Origin: an uncultured Flammeovirgaceae bacterium
GTDB taxonomy: Bacteria > Bacteroidota > Bacteroidia > Cytophagales > MED-G16
Assembly (NCBI GenBank): GCA_913046795.1
Contig: CAJWTC010000003.1
Span: 1-58,601 of the forward strand
Direction: 5' to 3'
Length of the DNA stretch: 58,601 nucleotides
In this document: positions 1-8,636 of the stretch, in pieces
How positions within the stretch are numbered: position 1 is the first letter of the stretch
How the letters are laid out: each line of letters opens with the position of its first letter
The notes under the pieces: model-generated
The model's input: only the letters and a program-made list of their open reading frames with translations
Databases searched by the model: none
Told to the model about the DNA's origin: nothing
Translations under genes and position numbers: made by a program

Positions 1-108
1 CCTCCGTATCCTCCGTATCCTCCGTATCCTCCGTATCCTCCGTATCCTCCCATACCTCCGTATCCTCCCATACCTCCGTATCCTCCCATACCTCCGTATC
101 CTCCATAT
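1..108 (-). repeat. 9-bp tandem repeat, at least 12 units (cctccgtat / cctcccata), encoding GGY/GGM in BamA
   Basis: Read directly. The minus-strand translation is ...YNPYGGYGGMGGYGGMGGYGGMGGYGGYGGYGG... and runs off the window edge. Confidence 0.95.
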
Positions 109-1889
109 GGATTATATCTCCCACTACCATAAAAATCTAACATTCTATTTACAGAATAACTGTAGTTTATACTAAAGTTATTAGGTTTTCTTCCGCCTAA
201 CCATGGCTCAGAAAAGGTAAATGAATAAGTTTGAAATTGTCTTCCGTTTGCCTGAACCCTAACAGAAAGTTTTTGACCATCACCAACAGGAAGAGGTCTC
301 CACTTACTAAAGTCTTTAATATTTTTTACAGAGAAGTTACTAAAACTTAATCCGACTGTACCAACAAAACCAAAGTAGCCACCCCAGCCACCAGATAGTT
401 CAACTTGGTCACTTGGTTTCTCTTTTAATTCCCAGGTTATATCTACAGTCTCATTTTGAGGATTTGGAACAGGAATAGGGTTTATGCTTTCAGGATCAAA
501 ATACCCAAGTTGCGAAAGTTCTCTTTGAGTTCTAATCAATTCTGATCTATTATATTTTTGACCGGGTATTGTGCGAAGCTCTCTTCTTATAACGTGGTCA
601 CTTGTCCTATCATTCCCTGTTATATATATTTTATTTATAGTGGCTTGAGCACCCTCATAAACTCTCATCTCAATATCTACAGAATCGCCAATAACACCAA
701 CCTCAATTGGCTGTATATTTGAGAATAAATATCCATTATCTTGATATAAAGATGAAACATCAGATCCTTTAGGATTATATGTTATTTTCTTTTCCAAGGT
801 TTCTGTGTCATACACATCTCCAGATGAAATAGCTAGCACCTCGTTAAGTACATCTTTGCTATATATGTAATTTCCTGTCCAATCAATATTTCTGAAGTAG
901 TATTTTCTACCAGGATTAATTTCTAATTCTATATTAACATAATCTCCATCTCTAACTATATTTTCACCAACAACTTTAATATCTCTATACCCTTTAGATT
1001 CATAGAAAGAAATTAAATTTTCTTTATCATTTTTGAACTCTTTCTCAATAAACTTACTAGATTTAAGAAAATTTATTTTTGCATTATCGGTTATAAAATT
1101 TAGTGCTTCTTCTTTTTTAATGCCTTTTTTTTCTCCAAAAAAGTTTTTTGGTTTTAATAAATTAACGGATTTATTGAAGACTTCTTTGAAAAGAGTAACC
1201 CGTACCCTCTCTCCACTTTTTTTAAGTTTACCTTTTAATTTAGCATCGGAAAACTCTTTATTACCTTCAAATTTTACATTATTTATTTTGACCTTTTTGT
1301 TTTTTTCAACAGTTATGTCAAGTTTAATACTATTTGCGACTACTGAGTCTTCAAGCTCTAATATTTTAACTTTTGTATTGAAGAAACCTTTCTTATTATA
1401 AAAGTTTTGAATAATATTTTGAGTGTTTTTAATTGTTGCGTCTGTAACAATTCTTCCTCTAATTAAATTTAGTTTTTCAGTTAATTCAGACTTTTGGGTC
1501 TTTCCTATCCCCTTTATATTAAACGTACTTAACCTAGGCCTTTCAGTTAGATTAATAACTAAATAAACCTTATCATCTTCAATTTTTTTTATAGAAATTT
1601 TAATATCTCCAATTATACCCTGTCTCCATAGTTTTTTTATAGCTCCTGAAATTGCTTCACCAGGTATTGAAATTTCATCACCAACTTTTATGCCAGCTAA
1701 TGACTTTAATGCTATCTCATCTAAATATTTTTCTCCAATGACATCTATTTCTGCTACTTCATATTTTTTTGGATTGGTGTAACTAATTGCAATCTGTTCA
1801 TCGATAGCATTCATATTATATCTAATTTGAGAATATGCATAATGTTGCATAAAAGCAATTAAAAATATAAGCAGACTTATTTTTTTCAT
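1..1889 (-). CDS. bamA: Outer membrane protein assembly factor BamA, 3'-truncated by the window edge
   Basis: Not in the ORF track because no stop lies within the window. Manual translation from ATG 1889 gives a signal peptide (MKKISLLIFLIAFMQHYAYS), POTRA-like segments (GNDRTSDHVIRRELRTIPGQ) and barrel start (SDQVELSGGWGG...FSEPWLGG). Follows uppS, as is usual in Bacteroidota. Confidence 0.93.
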   Translation of the reverse strand, partial: MKKISLLIFLIAFMQHYAYSQIRYNMNAIDEQIAISYTNPKKYEVAEIDVIGEKYLDEIALKSLAGIKVGDEISIPGEAISGAIKKLWRQGIIGDIKISIKKIEDDKVYLVINLTERPRLSTFNIKGIGKTQKSELTEKLNLIRGRIVTDATIKNTQNIIQNFYNKKGFFNTKVKILELEDSVVANSIKLDITVEKNKKVKINNVKFEGNKEFSDAKLKGKLKKSGERVRVTLFKEVFNKSVNLLKPKNFFGEKKGIKKEEALNFITDNAKINFLKSSKFIEKEFKNDKENLISFYESKGYRDIKVVGENIVRDGDYVNIELEINPGRKYYFRNIDWTGNYIYSKDVLNEVLAISSGDVYDTETLEKKITYNPKGSDVSSLYQDNGYLFSNIQPIEVGVIGDSVDIEMRVYEGAQATINKIYITGNDRTSDHVIRRELRTIPGQKYNRSELIRTQRELSQLGYFDPESINPIPVPNPQNETVDITWELKEKPSDQVELSGGWGGYFGFVGTVGLSFSNFSVKNIKDFSKWRPLPVGDGQKLSVRVQANGRQFQTYSFTFSEPWLGGRKPNNFSINYSYSVNRMLDFYGSGRYNPYGGYGGMGGYGGMGGYGGMGGYGGYGGYGGYGGYG

Positions 1890-1893
1890 CAAA

Positions 1894-2601
1894 TTAGATT
1901 TTTCCAAACCTTCTATTTCTTTTATTAAACTCGAAAATAGCATTATTTAATTCTTTTTTATCAAAATCAGGCCATAAAATATCTGTAAAATACAACTCTG
2001 TGTATGCAGACTGCCACAAATAAAAATTACTAATTCTTTGTTCTCCACTAGTCCTAATCATAAGTTCTGGATCAGGAATACTAGATGTTGCAAGATACTT
2101 TTCAAAAACTTTTTCGTTAAAGTTCTTTAAAATATTATTTTTTGAGTCTGATATTACTTTATCTACCGCATTATATATATCCCACCTTCCAGAATAGTTT
2201 ATTGCTAAAATTAAATTTAGCCCATCATTATTTTCTGTTAAATTCTCTATTTTTTTAATGCTCTTAACTGTTTTATTAGGTAATGGCCTAATATCTCCTA
2301 TAGATACAAACTTTATATTTTGTTTTATAAGGCTTTCAGCTTCCTCATTTATAACTACATCGAGTAAAGACATTAACGCATTTACCTCAATTTTTGGCCT
2401 AGACCAGTTTTCAGTTGAAAAAGCAAAAAGACTTAAATATTTGATTTTATTTTCAACACAGCATTCGATGCATTCCTTAACACTTTTCCTAGCATGAATA
2501 TGACCTTTAATTCTACTTTTTTTTCTTTTTTTTGCCCACCTTCCGTTACCATCCATTATTACTGCAATGTGATTTATTTTGTTCTCTAAATTTCTGGACA
2601 T
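1894..2601 (-). CDS. uppS: Undecaprenyl diphosphate synthase (isoprenyl transferase)
   Basis: HIAVIMDGNGRWA, FAFSTENWSRP and IRTSGEQRISNF motifs. Confidence 0.97.
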   Translation of the reverse strand: MSRNLENKINHIAVIMDGNGRWAKKRKKSRIKGHIHARKSVKECIECCVENKIKYLSLFAFSTENWSRPKIEVNALMSLLDVVINEEAESLIKQNIKFVSIGDIRPLPNKTVKSIKKIENLTENNDGLNLILAINYSGRWDIYNAVDKVISDSKNNILKNFNEKVFEKYLATSSIPDPELMIRTSGEQRISNFYLWQSAYTELYFTDILWPDFDKKELNNAIFEFNKRNRRFGKI

Positions 2602-2609
2602 ATGTAAAT

Positions 2610-3359
2610 TTAATATATACTATTGATAGGTGCAGAGTTTTTAGGACATGGTATCTTGTAAAAGATATAACTTAAACTTATACCTGTAAAATAATAGAAG
2701 TCCTTATCGTTACCACTACCATACTGATAATTCTTATTAAAATTTTGAATTGTGCTATTTGGGAGAGTTAGGCCTGTAATATTATCAATGTCACTAGTAT
2801 TTGCACCACTTGTTAAATCAAAGTTATCATTAAATGTTTTTTTTACTTCAAACTCAATAGCAAGAGAGAACTGTTTGTTGATTAGGTATTTAAAACCTAT
2901 ACCAAAAGGAATATTCATTATTAATTTTTTGTTTTTTCCAACAGGATTATCTCTATCATATGTATTTTTAAGTAGTGTTGTTCCAATGCCCATAAAAAAG
3001 TATGGGGTAAAATTTTCTCTTTTTATCTCATCAAAATAGTCAAGAAAATTGTACTCAAATTTTAATGATAGTTCTGAAAATTTAGATTTAAACCACATAT
3101 TCCTATTAGATGACAAGTTGTCGTTAACTCTATCCTTGCCTTTTAAACTTCCTCTCTTATAGGATATTTTAAATGTCTGATGTGAGCTTATATTAAATCT
3201 ATTAAAAACCTCAAAACCTAATGAGCCGTCTGATATTGAGTATCCTCTTTTTAAGTCCCCTGAATAACTATTAAGCCCAACACTCAGCCCAGGCTCTAAA
3301 AATTGAGAGTAACAGACTGAAGATATAAAAAAAAGAATAAGAGTAATATTTAATTTCAT
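2610..3359 (-). CDS. DUF6089 / PorG-like outer-membrane beta-barrel protein
   Basis: Signal peptide, YSGDL, EYNF..FTPY, IPFGIGFKY and C-terminal CP. Lies between nadK and uppS-bamA, as for Bacteroidota PorG homologues. Confidence 0.7.
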   Translation of the reverse strand: MKLNITLILFFISSVCYSQFLEPGLSVGLNSYSGDLKRGYSISDGSLGFEVFNRFNISSHQTFKISYKRGSLKGKDRVNDNLSSNRNMWFKSKFSELSLKFEYNFLDYFDEIKRENFTPYFFMGIGTTLLKNTYDRDNPVGKNKKLIMNIPFGIGFKYLINKQFSLAIEFEVKKTFNDNFDLTSGANTSDIDNITGLTLPNSTIQNFNKNYQYGSGNDKDFYYFTGISLSYIFYKIPCPKNSAPINSIY

Positions 3360-3392
3360 GACCTTATTAACGTTAAAAAATTAATAATCTTA

Positions 3393-4256
3393 TTAATTTC
3401 TTAAATCATATCCCCAGTTTAATTTTTTTCTTAATGTTTCAAAAAAATCAAAATTATCCGGATGAATTAAATTAGCATTAAATTTAGATTTTGAAATTAA
3501 TAGGTCCTGGTCTTTTTTTAACGTTTTAGATCTAGAGTCAAGAGAAACTAGATAATTATTTCCTTCACTTTCTACCTTTAATTTAATTTTGGAATCGTCA
3601 GATATAATTAAACTTCTAAGCCCTAAATTATGGGGGCTTATAGGTGTAATAATTAGGTTTTTTGTATCTGGTGTTAGGATTGGACCCCCACATGATAGTG
3701 AATAACCAGTTGATCCAGTAGGAGTAGATATTATTAAACCATCAGACCAATATGTACATAGAAATTTTTCGTTAATATAACAATGTATTCTTATCATCGA
3801 AGAAGAATCTTTCTTGACGACAGATATTTCATTAAGTGCAAAGTTTTTTTCTATTTTTTTTTCTTTGACATCAATTGTTACAAGTGATCTTTCTTCTAAA
3901 GTAAACTTTTTTTCATCTATATCATCTAGCATTTTTTCAAAGAATGTATATACATCATATGACAAAAAACCTAGCTTACCAATGTTAATTCCTAATATTT
4001 TAGTCTCATACTTTCCTATTTGAGAGACTGTATTAAGTAATGTTCCATCACCCCCTAGACTAATAATAAAAAGAAAATTTGAAAGATTTTCACTAGTGTA
4101 TGATTTATAATTTTCATTCTTGAATGTTTGGAGTAATTTATCTGAAAAATAAATAATATATCCTTTTCTTTCTAGACATTGAATTAGACTTTTTAGTCTC
4201 TTTCTATTTTCGCCTTTGATTTTTATTCCGTTTATTCCTATCTTTTTAGTTTTCAT
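3393..4256 (-). CDS. nadK: NAD kinase
   Basis: SLGGDGTLL, ALNE and DGLIISTPTGSTGYSLSCGGP motifs. Confidence 0.96.
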   Translation of the reverse strand: MKTKKIGINGIKIKGENRKRLKSLIQCLERKGYIIYFSDKLLQTFKNENYKSYTSENLSNFLFIISLGGDGTLLNTVSQIGKYETKILGINIGKLGFLSYDVYTFFEKMLDDIDEKKFTLEERSLVTIDVKEKKIEKNFALNEISVVKKDSSSMIRIHCYINEKFLCTYWSDGLIISTPTGSTGYSLSCGGPILTPDTKNLIITPISPHNLGLRSLIISDDSKIKLKVESEGNNYLVSLDSRSKTLKKDQDLLISKSKFNANLIHPDNFDFFETLRKKLNWGYDLRN

Positions 4257-4983
4257 CTAAAAAAGATTTTAAAATTGAGTTAAATATTTTTGGCCTTTCC
4301 ATCATAGGAGCGTGGCAACATCTATCGATAAACTTTAGTTTAGACTTAGGGATCATCTTATTAAACTGATGTGCAACTGAGGGAGGTGTTATAGTATCGT
4401 TTAATCCCCAAATAAGAAAAGTAGGACATTTAATTTTATACAATTTTTTTGCTAAGTTATTTCTTTGAGCCGACCTTGCAATATTTATTATATTCAAACA
4501 CTTTTCGTTATTGTTTAATGTTTCAAAAATATTATCTACATATTTTTTAGTTAATATATCTGGGTTATAAAAAGTATGATTAATTCTTTCGTTTATATAA
4601 TTATAATCTCCTCTTTTTGGAAAGGAACCACCAAAAGAGTTTTCATATAAACCAGAGCTTCCTGTTAAAACTAATCTTTTTACTTTAGAGGGATTTTGAA
4701 TAGTATAAATCAACCCTATATGACCGCCTAAAGAATTTCCTATAAGAGTAAAGTTTTTCAATTTAAATTTCTCTATAAAATTACTTACTGATTTGGTTAG
4801 GCTTTCTAGATTTGCGTCTTTTACATTTACCTCTGTTAGTGGGATTCTTGGTATTATTACTCTGTATTTTTTTGAAAATGAATCTACAACACTTTTCCAA
4901 TTACTTAGGGCACCAAATAAACCATGAAGCAAAATTATAATTTCTCCACTTCCTTTGTCGATATGGGGTTTTGTTATATTCAT
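4246..4983 (-). CDS. Alpha/beta fold hydrolase
   Basis: LLHGLFG, GNSLGG nucleophile elbow and C-terminal catalytic His (CCHAPMME). Confidence 0.9.
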   Translation of the reverse strand: MNITKPHIDKGSGEIIILLHGLFGALSNWKSVVDSFSKKYRVIIPRIPLTEVNVKDANLESLTKSVSNFIEKFKLKNFTLIGNSLGGHIGLIYTIQNPSKVKRLVLTGSSGLYENSFGGSFPKRGDYNYINERINHTFYNPDILTKKYVDNIFETLNNNEKCLNIINIARSAQRNNLAKKLYKIKCPTFLIWGLNDTITPPSVAHQFNKMIPKSKLKFIDRCCHAPMMERPKIFNSILKSFLDEN

Positions 4984-5517
4984 TTATACATCAATTTTTT
5001 TTAAACCATCGCCGTTTTCTACAATTACCTCTAAAGAAGGAAAAAAGTCTACAAACACAGAGAGAGCTCTAGGGGCAAAATCCATAAGAAGATAACTTAA
5101 TATTGACCCTCTAATTTCTTCTTCCATTATTCTAATATCAAAATATTGAAAAATATTTATTAAAAAACTTATTATTAATGCAGATTTAACAAAACCAAAT
5201 ACTGCTCCTGAAACATCATCAAAGAAGCCAATAAAGGTCAAATCTATTAGGTTTTTTAAAGATTTTGTAATCCAATTGATTATTAAATACGATATAATAA
5301 ATGTTGCTATTATAGATATAAACCCAATTAATAAATTATTTGATTCTGGGAAAAATTTAACTAATAAATCGGAAAAAAAATTAGAGAAGTTTAATGATAA
5401 AATAATGCTTACAATAAAAGAAAATAAGGAGACAAAACCTATTATAAGCCCCTTTTTATACCCTTTGTAAGTATAGAAAATTAAAAAGAAACTAAAAATC
5501 AAATCGATTAAGTTCAA
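4984..5517 (-). CDS. CvpA family membrane protein
   Basis: N-terminal D...GYKKGLI pattern, several TM helices and D...GAVFG. Adjacent to a YqeY-family gene. Confidence 0.85.
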   Translation of the reverse strand: MNLIDLIFSFFLIFYTYKGYKKGLIIGFVSLFSFIVSIILSLNFSNFFSDLLVKFFPESNNLLIGFISIIATFIISYLIINWITKSLKNLIDLTFIGFFDDVSGAVFGFVKSALIISFLINIFQYFDIRIMEEEIRGSILSYLLMDFAPRALSVFVDFFPSLEVIVENGDGLKKIDV

Positions 5518-5951
5518 CTCAATAATTTTTTTACGTAAACAGAAATTCTAGAATTATCAGCTTTTCCTTCGAGCTCCTTAGATGCAATACCCATTATTTT
5601 TCCCATATCCTTCATTGTAGAGGCGTTCTCTGATGTAATTATTCTTTGAATTATTTTTTCTAGGTCATTGTCATTCATCTGTTTTGGAAGAAACTCTTCG
5701 ATTATTTTTATTTCTTTAGACTCTTTATCAGCTAAATCTTTTCTATTTTGTTTTATATAAAGATCTCTTGAATCTTTTCTCTGCTTAATTAATTTCATTA
5801 ATAGGTTTAAAGAATTAATATTATTTTCATTTCCACTTTTTTCTTCAAGAAGAATAGCTGACTTTATAGCTCTTAATGCCAAAAGTCTAGTCTTTCTTTT
5901 ATTTAACATTGATTCTTTAATTTGATTATCTATTGTATTTTTGAATTCCAT
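5514..5951 (-). CDS. GatB/YqeY domain protein
   Basis: LRAIKSAI, KQRKDS, FLPKQM and MKDMGKIMG motifs. Confidence 0.92.
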   Translation of the reverse strand: MEFKNTIDNQIKESMLNKRKTRLLALRAIKSAILLEEKSGNENNINSLNLLMKLIKQRKDSRDLYIKQNRKDLADKESKEIKIIEEFLPKQMNDNDLEKIIQRIITSENASTMKDMGKIMGIASKELEGKADNSRISVYVKKLLS

Positions 5952-5983
5952 AACTACAAATTTATCAAATACTTACATTAATA

Positions 5984-6697
5984 ATGACTAGATTAAGCGT
6001 AAATGTAAATAAGATAGCTACACTAAGAAATGCTAGAGGAGCAGATAACCCTAATTTAGTTCAGGTAGTTAAATACTGTGAAAAGTTTGGAGCTCAAGGG
6101 ATTACTGTTCATCCTCGAAATGACGAAAGGCATATTACTATGAAAGATGTTTATGATATTGCGTCTATCGTAAAAACAGATTTTAATGTTGAGGGTTACC
6201 CCGATAAAAGATTCTTAAAAATTATTAATGATATAGCTCCAGATCAAGTAACCTTAGTCCCTGATCCTCCAGAAGTTTTAACCTCAAATATAGGCTGGAG
6301 AAAATCCGACTTAAATGTTGATTTAAAAGGAATCATAAAAGATATAAAAAAGTTAGGATCAAAAGTTGTCATTTTTGTAGACCCAGATAAAGAAATGATA
6401 GACTTTGCCAAAGAAATAGGGTCAGATAGAATAGAGCTATACACCGGAACATATGCAAAAGAATATTTGAAAAATAGAGAGGTTTCAGTTATTGATTATG
6501 TAAATGCATCAATTTATGCAAAAGAAATAGGAATTGAAGTTAACGCTGGTCATGATTTAGATTTAAATAATTTAAGATATTTCAAAAAATCAATTCCCCA
6601 TATTTACGAAGTCTCAATAGGCCATGCCCTTGTGTCGGATGCTCTTTATTTAGGTTTAGAAAAGTCTATTAAATCATACCTAAGTTGTTTGAAATGA
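5984..6697 (+). CDS. pdxJ: Pyridoxine 5'-phosphate synthase
   Basis: LSVNVNKIATLRNARG, GITVHPR, NAGHDL and EVSIGHAL motifs. Confidence 0.97.
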   Translation: MTRLSVNVNKIATLRNARGADNPNLVQVVKYCEKFGAQGITVHPRNDERHITMKDVYDIASIVKTDFNVEGYPDKRFLKIINDIAPDQVTLVPDPPEVLTSNIGWRKSDLNVDLKGIIKDIKKLGSKVVIFVDPDKEMIDFAKEIGSDRIELYTGTYAKEYLKNREVSVIDYVNASIYAKEIGIEVNAGHDLDLNNLRYFKKSIPHIYEVSIGHALVSDALYLGLEKSIKSYLSCLK

Positions 6698-7458
6698 TTA
6701 ATCAATTAAATTTCAGGCAGTTAGGTTCTGGAAAAGATATAATTATATTACACGGACTTTTAGGGTCGCTTGATAATTGGATTTCTGTTGCACATAAATT
6801 AGCTTCTAATTATAAGATTACAATTCTTGACCTTCCTAATCACGGTAAATCATATCACAGTGATTTGTTTTCATACAAAGAAATGGCCGATGTCTTGAAT
6901 AACTTTATTGAAAAAAAAAATATTTTAAATCCAACAATTATTGGCCATTCTATGGGCGGAAAGGTAGCTCTTCAATACGCGGAACTTTTTCCTAAATCCA
7001 TATCTCAACTGGTAGTTGTAGATGTTTTTAATAAGGAATATGATACAAAAAGATTTGCTCATATATTTAAAGCAATTTCTGTTATTTCATCTTCAAAATT
7101 TAATTCAAGAAAAGAGGCAAATGATCTTATTAAAGAAATCGTTGTAAGTGAGGGGGAGAGGAATTTTGTTTTAAAAAATTTAAAAAGAAATGAAGACGGG
7201 TTTTCTTGGTATCCAAATGTTGATTTGCTTAATAAATCTATTTTTGAAATTTCTTCTAAAATTCATTTAACATCAAAAGTTGATATTAGCACTTTATTTA
7301 TTAAAGGACAAAATTCTAACTATATTATGAATGAAGATATTGACGGTTTACCAAACCTATTTTCTAATTTTAAAGTTATTGAAGTTCCTAATTCCGGACA
7401 TTGGGTTCATGCAGAAAATCCTTCAGCTTTTATATCTACTATAGAAAATTTTATATAA
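6694..7458 (+). CDS. Alpha/beta fold hydrolase (YbfF-like esterase)
   Basis: LHGLLGSLDNW, GHSMGGK and GHWVHAENP. Start placed at ATG 6694, overlapping the pdxJ stop (ATGA). Confidence 0.9.
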   Translation: MINQLNFRQLGSGKDIIILHGLLGSLDNWISVAHKLASNYKITILDLPNHGKSYHSDLFSYKEMADVLNNFIEKKNILNPTIIGHSMGGKVALQYAELFPKSISQLVVVDVFNKEYDTKRFAHIFKAISVISSSKFNSRKEANDLIKEIVVSEGERNFVLKNLKRNEDGFSWYPNVDLLNKSIFEISSKIHLTSKVDISTLFIKGQNSNYIMNEDIDGLPNLFSNFKVIEVPNSGHWVHAENPSAFISTIENFI

Positions 7459-8337
7459 TTAATTTGCTCTAGGATGAGATTTTTTATGTGTCTCCTTTAG
7501 TTTTTCAATCGAGTTGTGAGTATAAACTTGAGTTGCAGCTAGACTCTCGTGTCCTAGTAGATCCTTTATCGCATTTAGATCAGCTCCCCTGTTGAGAATA
7601 TGTGTTGCAAAAGAATGCCTTAGAAGGTGCGGATTATACTTTTCACTATTTATAAGTGATGACAAACAGCTTTTTACTGTTCTATATATCATCATAGGAT
7701 AAATTTTTTGTCCCTTATTAGTTAGAATTAAAAAATCACTATTGTATTTTTTTCTTTTATTATGATCAAGGTAAAGTTTTGTTTTTATAATAATATTATT
7801 ATTTAATGGAATTATCCTCTCTTTATTTCTCTTCCCTAAAACTTTAATTTGACTTTTTTTAATATTAAAATTTTTAGTTTTAAGATTAATTAATTCATTT
7901 ATTCTAATGCCAGTGCCATAAAGTAATTCTAAGACTAAATCAGTTCGAATTTCTTCAAGGGTATTGTTAATATTAATATTTTTAAATAGTTCAATCATAT
8001 CGTTTTCTTTTATAAAAAGAGGTAAAGATTGTTTCGTTTTAAGACTTTGAACTAGAGTGGCAGGGTTTTTTTGGATTAATTTTCTTTTGACCAAAAATTT
8101 AAAGAAAGACTTCACGCTAGCAATTTTTCTATTTATTGAATTATTAGATAATTCTTTAGTAGATAATTCAATAATCCAAGCTCTTATTGTCCTATTGTCT
8201 ATTGATAATATTTCTTTGGAATTTTCATACCTTTCGCTGAAGGTTAGAAACTGATTTAGATCATTACCATAACTTTTAATGGTATTTGAACTAACTCTCT
8301 TTTCAAATTTGAGGTGTCGAATAAATTTATCTTTCAT
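7459..8337 (-). CDS. xerC: Tyrosine recombinase XerC-like
   Basis: LYGTGIR, GKRNKER, HLLRHSFATH and LLGHESLAATQVYTH catalytic motifs. The rpsU-xerC order is typical of Bacteroidota. Confidence 0.88.
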   Translation of the reverse strand: MKDKFIRHLKFEKRVSSNTIKSYGNDLNQFLTFSERYENSKEILSIDNRTIRAWIIELSTKELSNNSINRKIASVKSFFKFLVKRKLIQKNPATLVQSLKTKQSLPLFIKENDMIELFKNININNTLEEIRTDLVLELLYGTGIRINELINLKTKNFNIKKSQIKVLGKRNKERIIPLNNNIIIKTKLYLDHNKRKKYNSDFLILTNKGQKIYPMMIYRTVKSCLSSLINSEKYNPHLLRHSFATHILNRGADLNAIKDLLGHESLAATQVYTHNSIEKLKETHKKSHPRAN

Positions 8338-8362
8338 ATTTTAATATGAAAGATAGATAAAA

Positions 8363-8554
8363 TTATAATTCTTTAGATCTTAATTTTTGGACGTATTCTG
8401 CTTTAAGCTTCTCTTCTCTGAGTGTAACAGATTTCTTAGTATAATAGGCATTGTTTCTATATGTTCTTATTACCTGAGCTTTTTCAAATTTCTTCTTAAA
8501 TCTTTTAAGTGCTCTGTTGATGTCTTCTTTCTCTTTGATATTTACTTTGACCAT
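8363..8554 (-). CDS. rpsU: 30S ribosomal protein bS21
   Basis: INRALKRFKKKFEK...YTKKS. Likely start is ATG 8554 rather than the upstream TTG. Confidence 0.93.
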   Translation of the reverse strand: MVKVNIKEKEDINRALKRFKKKFEKAQVIRTYRNNAYYTKKSVTLREEKLKAEYVQKLRSKEL

Positions 8555-8572
8555 TTTAAAAATTTTGTGTCG

Positions 8573-8580
8573 CAAATATA
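8573..8580 (-). promoter_or_regulatory. Bacteroidota -7 promoter element for rpsU
   Basis: TATATTTG matches TAnnTTTG, 18 nt upstream of the ATG. No clean -33 element seen. Confidence 0.55.
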
Positions 8581-8636
8581 AGAAATCAATTGAATTATTA
8601 AAATTTTTATTAAAATGACGTAAATCAAAAAAAATT

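Noticed and set aside
1-108. Repeat array as CRISPR or telomere-like element
   Set aside because: Units are 9 bp, contiguous with no spacers, and in frame within bamA.
1033-1401. 122-aa plus-strand ORF, and the other short ORF-track entries nested in or antisense to genes (e.g. 21629-22105, 23237-23617, 24981-25469, 50016-50288)
   Set aside because: Shadow or alternate-frame ORFs over well-supported genes, with no recognisable motifs.
7459-8337. Tyrosine recombinase as the integrase of a mobile element
   Set aside because: Size, motifs and position after rpsU fit chromosomal XerC; no att repeats or cargo boundaries were seen.
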